A stretch of 64,000 nt of DNA from an uncultured Treponema sp. (GTDB taxonomy: Bacteria; Spirochaetota; Spirochaetia; Treponematales; Treponemataceae), in assembly GCA_964429975.1 (NCBI GenBank), contig CAYSEA010000001.1, positions 52,096 through 116,095 on the forward strand, given 5' to 3'. The position numbers and the translations under genes were made by a program. How positions within the stretch are numbered: the first letter of the stretch is position 1; every line of letters begins with the position of its first letter. A model generated the notes under the pieces. It was not told the origin of the DNA, made no database searches, and worked only from the letters and a program-made list of their open reading frames with translations. Positions 27,926 through 38,840 of the stretch are shown here, one piece after another.

Positions 27926-29131
27926 ATGAATTGTCGTCTTCCCCTGTGCGCGGGTCTTGTATCCTGTTGCGTTTTATTTGTTTCTTGCGCGGGCTCCCCC
28001 GCGAGCGGTGATGTTTCTTCCATGAACTACGCGGGAGCCCTGAGCGTTTCTCGCTTCTCCGGTTCTTCCGAGCCCGAGACCTCCTCCGACGCCGACAAGG
28101 CCGCCGCCCCAACCTCGATAAAAAAGCTTAAATCAAGCGAGGCCCTCGCGCGGGCCGCCGTATTTGAAGAAGATATGGAAGCCGCGATCGCCTCCGGCGA
28201 CTATGCTTCCGCGTTTATCGCGTATAACGAGGCCTCCTCCCTTCTTTCGGGGCTTTCTTCCTCATCCTCGCGGCTTGCGGGCCTTCGGAAAAACGTGTCT
28301 GCCGCCCTCGATACCCTGAAATTCACTTCGACGACCGCGCCGCGAGAAACGGTTGCGGGAACCGCGTTTAAGACGCCCTTTGCCGTCACTGTCACCGTCG
28401 TGACCCCGACGGGCGCGAAGCCCGCCGCGGGCTTCCCCTGCCTCGTCTCCTATCCCGCCGTCGATGAAGCGGGATCCCCGTATATTCTCTCCGAGACGCG
28501 GAAGGCCGACCAGAACGGCGTCGTTTCCTTCGTCGCTCCGGTGCCGACCCGCGCGGGTAAGGGCGCCGTCGTCGTGACGCCGGACTTTCTTGCGGCGGAC
28601 GAATTCCTTAAAGGCGAGTTGCGCGCGAGAAATGCCCGCGGCGAGCTATCCGCGTCCCTGCCGCACCTCGTGCATACCTCGGCCAAGCGCGTACCGACGA
28701 CGATTTCCATTCTCGATTTCAACAAGAACGGCACGGCGATCGTATCCGCAAACGCTTCGGCTACGGCCTTGCTGAAGCCGCTCGTACAGAAAGGATTTGG
28801 CCGCATCGGTATGGCCGATTTCCCCAATCAGCTCGCCTCCGGCGACGAAGCCGCGCTTCTCCGCGCCGCGCGCGCTCAGTTCGGCTCCGGCGTACAGCGA
28901 TTTATCTTCGGCACGACTAAGGTCGACTCCCTTGCGCTCGGAGAGGATGGTCTCTGGTCCTGCTCGCTTGCGGTTTCCGTCTCGGTGTGGGATTTCACGC
29001 AAGAAAAAAAGACCATGACGGTCGATTTCCAGCACGTTTCGACGGGCAAAACCGAGGCCCTCGCCCTTGACGCCGCGCGCAAAGAGGCAGCGGGCATCTT
29101 ACTCGTCGAAGAACTCCTCTACAGACTGTAG
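27926..29131 (+). CDS. Hypothetical lipoprotein
   Basis: GAGGT RBS; lipobox VLFVSC; Ser-rich tether; Ig-like central region. Confidence 0.75.
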   Translation: MNCRLPLCAGLVSCCVLFVSCAGSPASGDVSSMNYAGALSVSRFSGSSEPETSSDADKAAAPTSIKKLKSSEALARAAVFEEDMEAAIASGDYASAFIAYNEASSLLSGLSSSSSRLAGLRKNVSAALDTLKFTSTTAPRETVAGTAFKTPFAVTVTVVTPTGAKPAAGFPCLVSYPAVDEAGSPYILSETRKADQNGVVSFVAPVPTRAGKGAVVVTPDFLAADEFLKGELRARNARGELSASLPHLVHTSAKRVPTTISILDFNKNGTAIVSANASATALLKPLVQKGFGRIGMADFPNQLASGDEAALLRAARAQFGSGVQRFIFGTTKVDSLALGEDGLWSCSLAVSVSVWDFTQEKKTMTVDFQHVSTGKTEALALDAARKEAAGILLVEELLYRL

Positions 29132-29203
29132 TTTTCCAGTTTCGCGTCCGCGTGTTTTGGTATATACTGAGACGTCCAATTACGCGAACGCGAGGAGTCC
29201 GGT

Positions 29204-30664
29204 ATGTACAGTCTCGTCCTGTTGCTCGTTTTTCTCTTTGTAATGGTAGCCGTCGGCGTCTGGGGAATGAAAAAAACCACGACGTTGAACGATTTTTTTC
29301 TCGGCGGGCGCTCGCTCGGTCCCTGGATTTCGGCTTTCGCGTACGGAACCACGTACTTTTCGGCGGTCATTTTCATCGGCTTCGCGGGACGGCAGGGCTG
29401 GCAGTTCGGCTTTAGCGCCATCCTGATCGGCGTCGGAAACGCTTTTTTGGGCGCGATGCTCGCTTGGCTCGTGCTCGGAAAGCGGACGCGGGTGATGACG
29501 CAACGCTTGGGCGTTATGACGATGCCCGAGTTTCTGGAAGCGCGCTATGGGTCAAACCACCTCAAGATGGTCTCGGCCGTCCTTGTTTTCGTCTTTCTTC
29601 TCCCATATTCTGCCTCCGTCTTTAAGGGACTCGGTCACCTTTTCGAGAGCACTTTCGGCATCTCGTACGACTTCGCGCTCATCGTGCTCGTCGGCATCAC
29701 CGGGCTCTATCTCATTCTCGGCGGGTACTTCGCCGTCACCATGACAGATTTTATCCAGGGTTTTATCATGATCGCGGGCGCCATTCTTATGGTCGGCATC
29801 ATGGTATCGAAGGCCGGCGGCATCGGCGAGGCGATTACGGCCGTATCGAGTCGGTACCCTGAGCACATTCCCGCGGGCGCGCGGCCTTCCTGGCTCACGA
29901 TCGGCTCGCTCATTTTCATGACGAGCTTCGGGACCTGGGGACTTCCCCAGATGGTTCAAAAGTTCTACTCGATCAAGGATGAAAAGATGATCGGCAAGGC
30001 CGCGGTCATTACGACGGTATTCGCGCTCGTCATCGGCGTCGCGGCGTACTCGACGGGCGTTCTCGGCCACGTATTTTTCGACGGCGAAACCGTCCCGCGC
30101 CTCGCCTCGGGCGGCGTGAATTACGACCTCATCATACCGACCCTGCTCACGGCGCACTTGCCTGAGCTTTTGCTCGCGGTTATCATGCTGCTCGTGCTCT
30201 CGGCGTCGATGTCGACGCTGTCGTCGATGATTCTCGTGTCTTCGTCGGCCATCACGATCGATCTCTATAAGGGCTACCTCCATCCCGAAGTCACCGAGAA
30301 GCAGTCGCTGCTCATGATCCGCGTGCTGTCGGGCGTTTTTATCATTTGCTCGTACGTAATATCCCGGATGCAGGTCGGCTTCATCGTGACCCTCATGTCC
30401 CTCTCGTGGGGCGTGCTTTCCGGGGCGTTCATGGCCCCGTATATCCTCGGCATTTTCTGGAAGCGCGTGACGAAGGCGGGCGCCTACGCGGGCTTCTTCG
30501 CGGGATCGGGCACGGCCATCACGCTCTTCTTCGTTCTCGGGCCCGCTAACTCGCCGCTCGCGTCGAGCATCGCGATGGTGGTGCCCTTTATCGTCGTTCC
30601 GCTGGTGAGCCTCTTGAGCCCGCGGCTCGACGAAAAAATCGTAACCGAGGCCTTCGGGGCCTAG
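29204..30664 (+). CDS. Sodium:solute symporter
   Basis: DFFLGGRSLGPW, TMPEFLEARY, TDFIQG and SASMST motifs; about 13 TM helices. Confidence 0.95.
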   Translation: MYSLVLLLVFLFVMVAVGVWGMKKTTTLNDFFLGGRSLGPWISAFAYGTTYFSAVIFIGFAGRQGWQFGFSAILIGVGNAFLGAMLAWLVLGKRTRVMTQRLGVMTMPEFLEARYGSNHLKMVSAVLVFVFLLPYSASVFKGLGHLFESTFGISYDFALIVLVGITGLYLILGGYFAVTMTDFIQGFIMIAGAILMVGIMVSKAGGIGEAITAVSSRYPEHIPAGARPSWLTIGSLIFMTSFGTWGLPQMVQKFYSIKDEKMIGKAAVITTVFALVIGVAAYSTGVLGHVFFDGETVPRLASGGVNYDLIIPTLLTAHLPELLLAVIMLLVLSASMSTLSSMILVSSSAITIDLYKGYLHPEVTEKQSLLMIRVLSGVFIICSYVISRMQVGFIVTLMSLSWGVLSGAFMAPYILGIFWKRVTKAGAYAGFFAGSGTAITLFFVLGPANSPLASSIAMVVPFIVVPLVSLLSPRLDEKIVTEAFGA

Positions 30665-30720
30665 TCAATCTATAATCCCCGCGCGCCCCACGCGGCGTGC
30701 GGGAATCCGGAGTTAATCTG

Positions 30721-32430
30721 ATGAAGGAACATGTACTTCTTGGCGACGAGGCGCTTGCCCTGGGCGCGCTTCACGCCGGCGTTTCGGGCTGTTTCGGCTA
30801 TCCCGGCACGCCCTCGACGGAAATTCTCGAGTATCTCGTGGACAATCACGAGACGAAGGGCGGCCCGGTCGCCCAATGGTGCGCGAACGAAAAGACCGCG
30901 TATGAGTCGGCCCTCGGCGTCTCGTTCGCCGGCAAGCGCGCCATCGTGACGATGAAGCACGTCGGGCTTAACGTCGCCGCCGACCCGTTTATGAACTCGT
31001 CGCTCTGCCAGATCAACGGCGGGCTCGTGTGCGTGGTCGCCGACGATCCCTCGATGCACTCGAGCCAGGGCGAGCAGGATACCCGCTTCTACGCGGACTT
31101 CGCGATGGTTCCCCTCTTCGAGCCGACCAATCAGCAAGAGGCGTACGAGATGGCCATTGAGGCCTTCGATATTTCCGAGCGCTTCCGCGTGCCGGTCATC
31201 ATGCGGATGGTCACGCGCCTCGCTCACTCGCGCGCCGTCGTGCGCGTCGCCGACTCAGCCCGCGCGCAAAATGCGCTTAAAAAAGGCGTGCCGTCAGACT
31301 GGATGCTCTTGCCCGCGCTCGCGCGCAAGAACTACGCCAAGATGATCGAAAAGCAAACTTCGCTCGGCGAGTGGTCGGACTCTTACGCGAGAAACGTCTA
31401 TTCGCCCAATCCCGCGCGGACGGATATCGCGATTATCACGAGCGGGCTCGGCCGAAACTACTACGAGGAGAACCTCGCTGACCTCGCGGTCGCGTGCGGA
31501 TCCGCGGGTCTTCCGACGGTTTTGCACGTATCGGTCATGCCGCTTCCCGTCGCGCTCATCAAACGCGCGTGCGAGTCGGCCCGAACGGTTCTCGTGATAG
31601 AGGAGGGCATGCCCTTCCTCGAAAAGCAGCTTCGCGGCCTCGTTCCGAAGGCGGGAGCGGTTATCGGGAAGTTCACCGGCCATTTGCCGCGCGCGGGCGA
31701 GCTTACCCCCGACAACGTACGCGCGGGGCTTTCTCGCGCGCTTTCGGAACTCAACTCAGGCACGCTTGCCCCGCGCCCGACCGCGCTCGATGCCTTCGTG
31801 CCGCCCGAGCTTCCCGCGCGGCCGCCTCAGCTGTGCCAAGGCTGTCCGCACCATGACTCCTACTCGTCGCTTAACCTCGCCTGCGCGCGGCTGAACGAGC
31901 GCGAGGGCGCGGTCAGCACCGTCGTCGCCGCGGATATCGGCTGTTACGCGCTCGGAGCCGTCGCGCCCCTCAAGGCGGTCGAGACGATCGTCTGCATGGG
32001 CGCGTCTATCGGCATGGCGCGCGGATCGGCCGAGGCCGGCTACAAGTACGCCTTCGGCGTCATCGGCGACTCGACGTTCCTCCATTCGGGAATTACCGGT
32101 CTCGTGGACGCGGTGTCGACAAAAACTCCCGTCACCATCTTGATCCTCGACAACTCGATCGTCGCGATGACCGGCTGTCAGCCGACGATGCTTCCTTCGA
32201 ACCAGCTCGAAAAAATAGTCCTCGGCGTCGGCGTCGACCCCGCTCACGTGCGGGTCATCGAGGCGAAGCCGAACATGGTCGAAGAAAACGCGCGGATCAT
32301 GATGGAGGAGGCCGAGTATCGCGGGGTTTCCGTCATCATCATGGTACGCGAATGTCTCGAGGCTTTCCGCCTGCGCAAAAAAAAGGATTCCATCCTAAAG
32401 GCTTCCGGCGAAAAGGCATCCAATGCCTGA
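30721..32430 (+). CDS. iorA: Indolepyruvate:ferredoxin oxidoreductase alpha subunit
   Basis: GYPGTPSTEI, NEKTA, MKHVGLNVAADP, RPPQLCQGCPH, DIGCY and GDSTFLHSG motifs. Confidence 0.95.
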   Translation: MKEHVLLGDEALALGALHAGVSGCFGYPGTPSTEILEYLVDNHETKGGPVAQWCANEKTAYESALGVSFAGKRAIVTMKHVGLNVAADPFMNSSLCQINGGLVCVVADDPSMHSSQGEQDTRFYADFAMVPLFEPTNQQEAYEMAIEAFDISERFRVPVIMRMVTRLAHSRAVVRVADSARAQNALKKGVPSDWMLLPALARKNYAKMIEKQTSLGEWSDSYARNVYSPNPARTDIAIITSGLGRNYYEENLADLAVACGSAGLPTVLHVSVMPLPVALIKRACESARTVLVIEEGMPFLEKQLRGLVPKAGAVIGKFTGHLPRAGELTPDNVRAGLSRALSELNSGTLAPRPTALDAFVPPELPARPPQLCQGCPHHDSYSSLNLACARLNEREGAVSTVVAADIGCYALGAVAPLKAVETIVCMGASIGMARGSAEAGYKYAFGVIGDSTFLHSGITGLVDAVSTKTPVTILILDNSIVAMTGCQPTMLPSNQLEKIVLGVGVDPAHVRVIEAKPNMVEENARIMMEEAEYRGVSVIIMVRECLEAFRLRKKKDSILKASGEKASNA

Positions 32431-34318
32431 GGTCAAGAAAGACGATGTGAAAAAAAGCGACGCGCCGCGCTGGAAGCTCGATTCCGTGTACCCGGGTTTC
32501 GACTCGAAGGAATTCCTCGCGGCGAAGGCGGAACTCGCGGGTCTTTCGGAACGCGAGTTGGCGCACGTCGCGGCGGCCCCTCTTGCGGCAAGCGGTGACG
32601 CCGGCGACGCCGGTACCGACGGTACCGCCGGCCGTACCCTTGCAGCCGTTCGCGAATGGCTCGTCGAGATGATCGCCCTGTTTAATCGGTCGGATTCGCT
32701 CTCCGAGACGCTTCTTTCCTATTGCTATGCGCGGTATTCCTCGGATACCACGGCGAAGGAGGCGATGGCCGAGCTCAACGCGGTCGAGGAACTCTGCGTG
32801 CCCTTCAGCAAAATTCGCTCGCTCTACCTCGACGCGCTCGCCGCGAACGCGGATGAGGTCCGCGCGCTCGCCGTCGCCGACGCCTCTCTCGAGCCCTATC
32901 GCTGGTCGCTCGAAGACGACCTTTTTTGGCAGACGAGGCAGATGAGCGCGGCCGAGGAAGACCTCGCGGCGGACCTCGCGCGCTCGGGTGCCTCCGCGTG
33001 GGGCCGCCTCCAGGAGCAGATGACCTCGACGGCCGATTGCCTTTGGGACGAAGCGACCGGGGAGAGAAAGACCCTCGTCGAGCTTCGCTCCCTCGCGCAT
33101 TCGCCCGATCGGGCCATCCGCGAGAAAGCCTTTCGCCTCGAGCTTGAGGTATGTCGGTCAATTTGCATTCCGGTCGCCGCCGCGCTCAACGGCGTAAAGG
33201 GAACGTCGATCGCCCTCAACGAACGGCGCCGATGGGAAGGCTCGGCGGCGACCGCGGCGATCGGGAAGTCGGTGAGGCAAGGCCTTCTCAGCGAGAAAGC
33301 CCTCGACGCGCTCATCGGCGTGATGGAGGAGACGCTGCCCCATTGGCGGCGCTATCTCAAGGCGAAGGCCCGCCTCATCGGCGCGCCGACCTGCGCGTTC
33401 TACGATCTTTTCGCGCCAGTCGGCCAAGATTCGGGGACGCGTTCGTTCGCGCAGGCGAGGGAGACGGTCGTCGAGACGTTCTCGCAGTTTTCCCCGCGCC
33501 TCGGCTCGTTCGCGGCCAAAGCCTTCGACGGCGGCTGGATCGACGCCGAGCCGAGGCCGGGAAAGATCGGCGGCGCCTATTTTACCTATATGCCCGAGGT
33601 CCGCGAGGGCCGCGTGCTCTGCAATTTCGAAGGGTCCTTCAGCTCGGTTTTGACGCTCGCCCACGAGCTCGGGCACGCGTACCATTCCGAGACGCTCAAG
33701 GACGAGCCGGCCCTCTTGCGCTCGTACCCAATGACGCTCGCCGAGACCGCTTCCATATTCGCGGAGACGGTCGTGTTCGAATCGGAATCCGCCCGCGCGA
33801 AGGACGACGAACGACTGACCTTCCTCGAGCTCAGGCTGCAGGACGGGTGCCAAATACTGGTCGATATCCTTTCGCGCTATTACTTCGAACGCGCGGTCTT
33901 CGAGGAAAGAAAGCAAGGAGAGCTATCGCCCGCGGATTTTTGCCGGCTCATGGAAGACGCGCAGAAAAAAACCTACGGCGACGCTCTCGCGTCGGATCAG
34001 TATCATCCCTACATGTGGCTGGTAAAGACCCACTACTATTCGAGCGATCTCGCGTTTTACAATTTTCCCTACGCCTTCGGCCAGCTCTTCGCGCTCGGCC
34101 TCTATGACCGCTTTCGCGCGGAAGGTCCTTCGTTCGCGGACGCGTACGACCGGATACTCGTGGATACCGGGCGGATGGACGCGACGCGCGTCACCGCGCG
34201 CGCGGGCTTCGATATAGAGACGGCCGACTTTTGGCGGCGGGGCGTCGCGCTGTTCATCGAGCAGATTGACGAATTTGAGCGACTGGTATCCGCGCGCGAC
34301 GCGGGCGCCGGTCGATGA
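32423..34318 (+). CDS. M3-family oligoendopeptidase (PepF-like)
   Basis: RWKLDSVYP, WIDAEPRPGK, HELGH zinc motif, AETAS and FYNFPYAFG motifs. Confidence 0.95.
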   Translation: MPEVKKDDVKKSDAPRWKLDSVYPGFDSKEFLAAKAELAGLSERELAHVAAAPLAASGDAGDAGTDGTAGRTLAAVREWLVEMIALFNRSDSLSETLLSYCYARYSSDTTAKEAMAELNAVEELCVPFSKIRSLYLDALAANADEVRALAVADASLEPYRWSLEDDLFWQTRQMSAAEEDLAADLARSGASAWGRLQEQMTSTADCLWDEATGERKTLVELRSLAHSPDRAIREKAFRLELEVCRSICIPVAAALNGVKGTSIALNERRRWEGSAATAAIGKSVRQGLLSEKALDALIGVMEETLPHWRRYLKAKARLIGAPTCAFYDLFAPVGQDSGTRSFAQARETVVETFSQFSPRLGSFAAKAFDGGWIDAEPRPGKIGGAYFTYMPEVREGRVLCNFEGSFSSVLTLAHELGHAYHSETLKDEPALLRSYPMTLAETASIFAETVVFESESARAKDDERLTFLELRLQDGCQILVDILSRYYFERAVFEERKQGELSPADFCRLMEDAQKKTYGDALASDQYHPYMWLVKTHYYSSDLAFYNFPYAFGQLFALGLYDRFRAEGPSFADAYDRILVDTGRMDATRVTARAGFDIETADFWRRGVALFIEQIDEFERLVSARDAGAGR

Positions 34319-34330
34319 GGAGTTTGAAAT

Positions 34331-34903
34331 ATGACGTATGACATCATTCTTGCGGGCGTCGGGGGACAGGGCGTCCTTTCCCTCGCGACCATAATCGCGC
34401 GCGCCGCGATGATCGACGGGCTTTCGGTTCGGCAGTCCGAGGTTCACGGGATGAGCCAGCGCGGCGGCGGCGTCCAGGCGCATATGCGCATATCGGACGG
34501 GCCGATCGCCTCCGACCTCGTGCCGACGGGCGGCGCCGACATGATCCTCGCCATGGAACCCGTCGAGAGCCTTCGGTACCTTTCTTACTTGAAGCCCGAC
34601 GGCATCCTCGTGACGGCCGCCGAGCCGTTCGTGAACATATCCGACTATCCCGACCTCGACGGGATTCACGCGGCGATCCGCGCGTTGCCGAGGAGCCGCA
34701 TCGTGCGCGCCTCGGAACTCGCCAAGGAAGCGGGAAGCGCGAAGGCCGAGAACATGGTGCTTATCGGGGCCGCCGCGCGCGACCTGCCGATCAGCGAATC
34801 TTCGCTCGCGAAGAGCGTTCACGACACCTTCGCCCGAAAGGACCCGCGTCTCGTGGATATCAACATGAAGGCCCTCAAATCGGGGGAGGAGGCGACGGCA
34901 TGA
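34331..34903 (+). CDS. iorB: Indolepyruvate oxidoreductase beta subunit
   Basis: GVGGQG, SEVHGMSQRGG and NMVLIGA motifs. Confidence 0.96.
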   Translation: MTYDIILAGVGGQGVLSLATIIARAAMIDGLSVRQSEVHGMSQRGGGVQAHMRISDGPIASDLVPTGGADMILAMEPVESLRYLSYLKPDGILVTAAEPFVNISDYPDLDGIHAAIRALPRSRIVRASELAKEAGSAKAENMVLIGAAARDLPISESSLAKSVHDTFARKDPRLVDINMKALKSGEEATA

Positions 34904-36222
34904 CGAAGGCGGAAATCCCGTTCCGGGACATCGCGATCGAGACGGCGTCGCGCGAGACGATCGCGCGCATACAGCTTGAGGGCCTGAAGCGGCAGGTCGA
35001 GCAGGGCCTCAAGACCGACTTGTACCGGAAGCTGTTTGCCGAACGCGGAATTTCCTCGCCCGACGACATCAAGACGCTCGACGATATCCGCAAGCTTCCC
35101 TTCACGACGAAGGGAGGCCTCCGCGACGCGTACCCGTTCGGCCTCCTTGCCGTGCCGAAAAGCGAGGTCGTGCGCATTCACGCCTCGAGCGGCACGACGG
35201 GGACGCCTACGGTCATCTACCTGACGCAAAAGGACCTTGACGCCGCGAGCGACACGATGGCGAGAAGCCTCATGGCCGCCGGCGGGACCAAGGACGACGT
35301 CATCCAGAACATGATGACGTACGGTCTTTTCACCGGGGGTCTTTGCTTCCATTACGGCGCCGAGCTCATGGGCGCGATGGTTATCCCGACGAGCGCGGGC
35401 AACACGATCCGTCAGCTGAAATTTATGAAGGACTTCGGTACCACGATGATTCACGCGACGCCGAGCTATCTTCTGCACCTCCACGCGGCGATCGAGGAGT
35501 CGACCGAGCTCGCGCGCGGGGACCTCAAGCTGCGCAAGGCGATCACCGGGGCAGAGCCTCACTCCGAGGAACTGAGGCGAAAGATCGAGCAAAAACTCGG
35601 CATTGAGGTGTACAACTGCTACGGGATGAGCGAGATGAACGGACCGGGCCTCGCCTTCGAGTGCGTTTTCCGCGCCGGCATGCACGTATGGGAAGATCGC
35701 TTTATAGCCGAGATCCTCGACCCCGACACGCTCGAGCCCGTGGCCGAAGGGGAAACGGGCGAACTCGTCCTGACGATCCTCTGCCGCGACGCGATGCCGC
35801 TCATACGGTATCGCACGCGCGACCTTACGCGGTTCATAGTCGGGCCGTGTGAGTGCGGGCGGACGCACCGTCGTCTCGCGCGCTTTACCGGGCGGACCGA
35901 CGACATGCTCATCATCAACGGCGTCAACGTCTTTCCGAGCCAGATCGAGGAAGTCCTGCTCCGGATGAAGGGCGTCGGCGCGAACTACTTCATCATCGTC
36001 GAGAAGGAAGGCGTCCTCGACCGATTGACCGTGCAGGTCGAGATTACGCCCGAGACCTTCGCCGACGACGCGCGCGTGATTAACGCCCTTCGCGACCGCC
36101 TCAAGGCGGAGATGAGCGCCCTCATCACGATAAACCCCGCGATCGAGATTCGCGAGCCGGGAAGCCTTCCTGTTTCCGAGGGTAAGGCGAAGCGCGTCGA
36201 CGACCGGCGGCCCAAGGAGTAG
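34900..36222 (+). CDS. paaK: Phenylacetate-CoA ligase family protein, copy 1
   Basis: [42 protein letters not shown] and GKAKRV motifs. Confidence 0.92.
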   Translation: MTKAEIPFRDIAIETASRETIARIQLEGLKRQVEQGLKTDLYRKLFAERGISSPDDIKTLDDIRKLPFTTKGGLRDAYPFGLLAVPKSEVVRIHASSGTTGTPTVIYLTQKDLDAASDTMARSLMAAGGTKDDVIQNMMTYGLFTGGLCFHYGAELMGAMVIPTSAGNTIRQLKFMKDFGTTMIHATPSYLLHLHAAIEESTELARGDLKLRKAITGAEPHSEELRRKIEQKLGIEVYNCYGMSEMNGPGLAFECVFRAGMHVWEDRFIAEILDPDTLEPVAEGETGELVLTILCRDAMPLIRYRTRDLTRFIVGPCECGRTHRRLARFTGRTDDMLIINGVNVFPSQIEEVLLRMKGVGANYFIIVEKEGVLDRLTVQVEITPETFADDARVINALRDRLKAEMSALITINPAIEIREPGSLPVSEGKAKRVDDRRPKE

Positions 36223-36267
36223 TCGCTTATTTGACAATCGCCGGTCGATTATCGAAACTTCTATATA

Positions 36268-37002
36268 ATGGGTAATCGACTAACGGCCTTGGCACTGGCG
36301 TTCTTTTTTTCTAGCATCCTCGTTTCGGCGGAGTCCGAGAACTTCAGATCAATTGTGATCGGATCGGCCGGAGGTGATCTGCCTCCGACCATCGTCGCGA
36401 GCGCGATCCTCGCCGAAGCGTATGAAAAAGCGGGATATCGCGCGGAATTCATCGTATATCCACCCAACCGCATGCTCGCCTCGCTTAAAATGGGAACGAT
36501 CGACGCGATCGTGTTGGCCGAGGCCAGTCTCGAGCGCGAAATTCAAGGTGTGGTACGCGTCGATCCCCCGGTGTGGATCGACGAAATCGCCGTTTTTTCC
36601 AAGGAGTCGCGCTCAATCCGGTCCTGGGACGACTTGAAGGGTCTTCGAGTTGGGTACCTGACGGCGATGATTATCATAGAGCGCGGCCTTCCGGAAGGAG
36701 CGACGCGATTTCCCGCGCAAACAATCGAACGGCTGTTCAGGATGCTAGACGCCGATAGAACCGACGTAGTCGTAACCTCCCGTAGTATCGCGAAACTCAT
36801 GATTAGGGAATTGGGTCTCATGAATATTCGATACTCGGGTGAAACGCTCGCGACCGTGCGGAATTACCACTTTGTCTCGAGCCGGAACGAGGATGTTGCT
36901 CTCAGAGTTTCTGAAGCGCTCGCGGATATGGAGCGGTCGGGACGTATCGCGGAAATAACGAAGGTGACGCTCGAGAAGCTCTTTGAAGAGTCCGCGCGCT
37001 GA
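36268..37002 (+). CDS. Orphan periplasmic substrate-binding protein (family 3-like)
   Basis: Signal peptide; [18 protein letters not shown] and MERSGRI motifs. Confidence 0.8.
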   Translation: MGNRLTALALAFFFSSILVSAESENFRSIVIGSAGGDLPPTIVASAILAEAYEKAGYRAEFIVYPPNRMLASLKMGTIDAIVLAEASLEREIQGVVRVDPPVWIDEIAVFSKESRSIRSWDDLKGLRVGYLTAMIIIERGLPEGATRFPAQTIERLFRMLDADRTDVVVTSRSIAKLMIRELGLMNIRYSGETLATVRNYHFVSSRNEDVALRVSEALADMERSGRIAEITKVTLEKLFEESAR

Positions 37003-37094
37003 GCCGCTTCCCGAGACAACGGGCCGCGAGTGTATCTATCGGTACGAGTATTTTATGGCGTACGCGGCGAATTCGGTGTATAATAGACTCCATT

Positions 37095-38399
37095 ATGATC
37101 TGGAACCCCGAACACGAATGTATGGAAACCGCGGCGCTGCAAACCCTGCAGTTCGCCCGGCTTAAAAACCTGGTGGAACGCTGTTATACCAACGTTCCGT
37201 TTTACAAAAAAAAGCTCGACGCCGCCGGCGTACGGCCGTCCGATATCAAAACCCTGTCGGATATCGCCAAGCTCCCCTTTACCGCAAAGGACGATCTTCG
37301 CGAAACCTATCCCTACGGACTGCTCGCCGTTCCCCAGTCGGAGATCGTCGAGATTCACATGTCGAGCGGAACGACCGGCGTGCCCGTCGTAGACGCTTAT
37401 ACGAAGCGCGACATGGACGATTGGGCCGAGGGCATGGCGCGGACTCTTTCGGGCGCGGGCGCTACCCGTAACGACACGGTTCAGAACGCCTACGGGTACG
37501 GCCTCTTTACCGGCGGACTCGGCACCCATTACGGATCGCAGCGGATCGGCGCCACCATCATTCCGATCTCTTCGGGCAACACGCAAAAACAGCTCATGCT
37601 CATGCGCGACTTCAAGTCAACGCTCTTTACCTGCACGCCCTCCTACGCCCTCTATATGGCCGAGCAAGCCCATGAGATGGGAATCGACCCGAAGTCGCTC
37701 GGCATCCGCGCGGGATGCTTCGGGGCCGAGCCTTGGAGCGAGAACATGCGCAAGGAGATCGAGAAGGCCTGGGGGATCAAGGCGTACGATATTTACGGCC
37801 TCACCGAAATCACCGGCCCCGGCGTCGCGTTCGAGTGCGAGGGCCAGTACGGCATGCATGTCAACGAGGACCTGTGGTACCCCGAGATCATCGATCCCGT
37901 GAGCGGCATGCCCCTTCCCGACGGCGAAAAAGGCGAGCTCGTCATCACCACGATTACCAAAGAAGGCACGCCCCTCATTCGGTATCGCACACGCGACATT
38001 ACTTTCATCATAAAGGAGAAATGCGGCTGCGGGCGCACCACGAGGCGCATCCACCGGCTCTTCGGCCGAACGGACGATCTCCTCATCATCAGGGGCGTCA
38101 ACGTCTTCCCGAGCCAGATCGAGCACGCGCTCATCGAGATACAGGGCGTCGACCCGAACTACCTCATCATCGTCGACCGAAGCGCGCAGACGCATCTCGA
38201 CGACGTCGAGCTGCACGTCGAGGTCAACCCGGCCGCGTTCTCCGATGAGACGAAGGACATGGAGGCCTTGCGGAACCGCATAGAGGCGACGATGAAGAGC
38301 AAGCTTGGCATTGCGTTGAAGGTCAAGCTCGTCGAGCCGAAGAGCATCGAGCGCTCGATCGGCAAGGCGAAGCGCGTTATCGACAAACGGCAAATCTAG
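37095..38399 (+). CDS. paaK: Phenylacetate-CoA ligase family protein, copy 2
   Basis: [28 protein letters not shown] and [20 protein letters not shown] motifs. Confidence 0.93.
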   Translation: MIWNPEHECMETAALQTLQFARLKNLVERCYTNVPFYKKKLDAAGVRPSDIKTLSDIAKLPFTAKDDLRETYPYGLLAVPQSEIVEIHMSSGTTGVPVVDAYTKRDMDDWAEGMARTLSGAGATRNDTVQNAYGYGLFTGGLGTHYGSQRIGATIIPISSGNTQKQLMLMRDFKSTLFTCTPSYALYMAEQAHEMGIDPKSLGIRAGCFGAEPWSENMRKEIEKAWGIKAYDIYGLTEITGPGVAFECEGQYGMHVNEDLWYPEIIDPVSGMPLPDGEKGELVITTITKEGTPLIRYRTRDITFIIKEKCGCGRTTRRIHRLFGRTDDLLIIRGVNVFPSQIEHALIEIQGVDPNYLIIVDRSAQTHLDDVELHVEVNPAAFSDETKDMEALRNRIEATMKSKLGIALKVKLVEPKSIERSIGKAKRVIDKRQI

Positions 38400-38413
38400 A
38401 AGGAGCGCGAAGC

Positions 38414-38830
38414 ATGAAGATCAAGCAAATCTCGATATTCCTTGAAAACGCGGCGGGCAGGCTCGCCGAAGTCACTCGGGTACTTCGCGAGGGCGGAGTC
38501 AATCTTCGCGCCATCATGATCGCGGACACCGCCGATTTCGGAATCCTCAGGGTTATCGTGGACGATCCCGATAAGGCCATCTCGATCCTGAACGGCGCGA
38601 AGTTCACCACGAAGACAACTGACGTACTTGCCGTTACCATATCCGACAAGGTCGGAAGCCTCGCCGACGCGCTCCAGCTCTTTGAGAAGAACGGCGTGAA
38701 CATCGAGTACCTGTACGCCGCCCTCGACAAGGCCGGCGAAACAGCCGTTATCATCTTCAAAGTCGAGGATATCGAAAAGGGCATGAAGATGGTCGAGGCG
38801 AACGGCCTGAGTACGACCGATCGCTTCTAG
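38414..38830 (+). CDS. Tandem ACT-domain protein
   Basis: IKQISIFLEN, ADTADFGILR and VNIEYLYA motifs; usual paaK neighbour. Confidence 0.92.
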   Translation: MKIKQISIFLENAAGRLAEVTRVLREGGVNLRAIMIADTADFGILRVIVDDPDKAISILNGAKFTTKTTDVLAVTISDKVGSLADALQLFEKNGVNIEYLYAALDKAGETAVIIFKVEDIEKGMKMVEANGLSTTDRF

Positions 38831-38840
38831 GACGGTGCCC

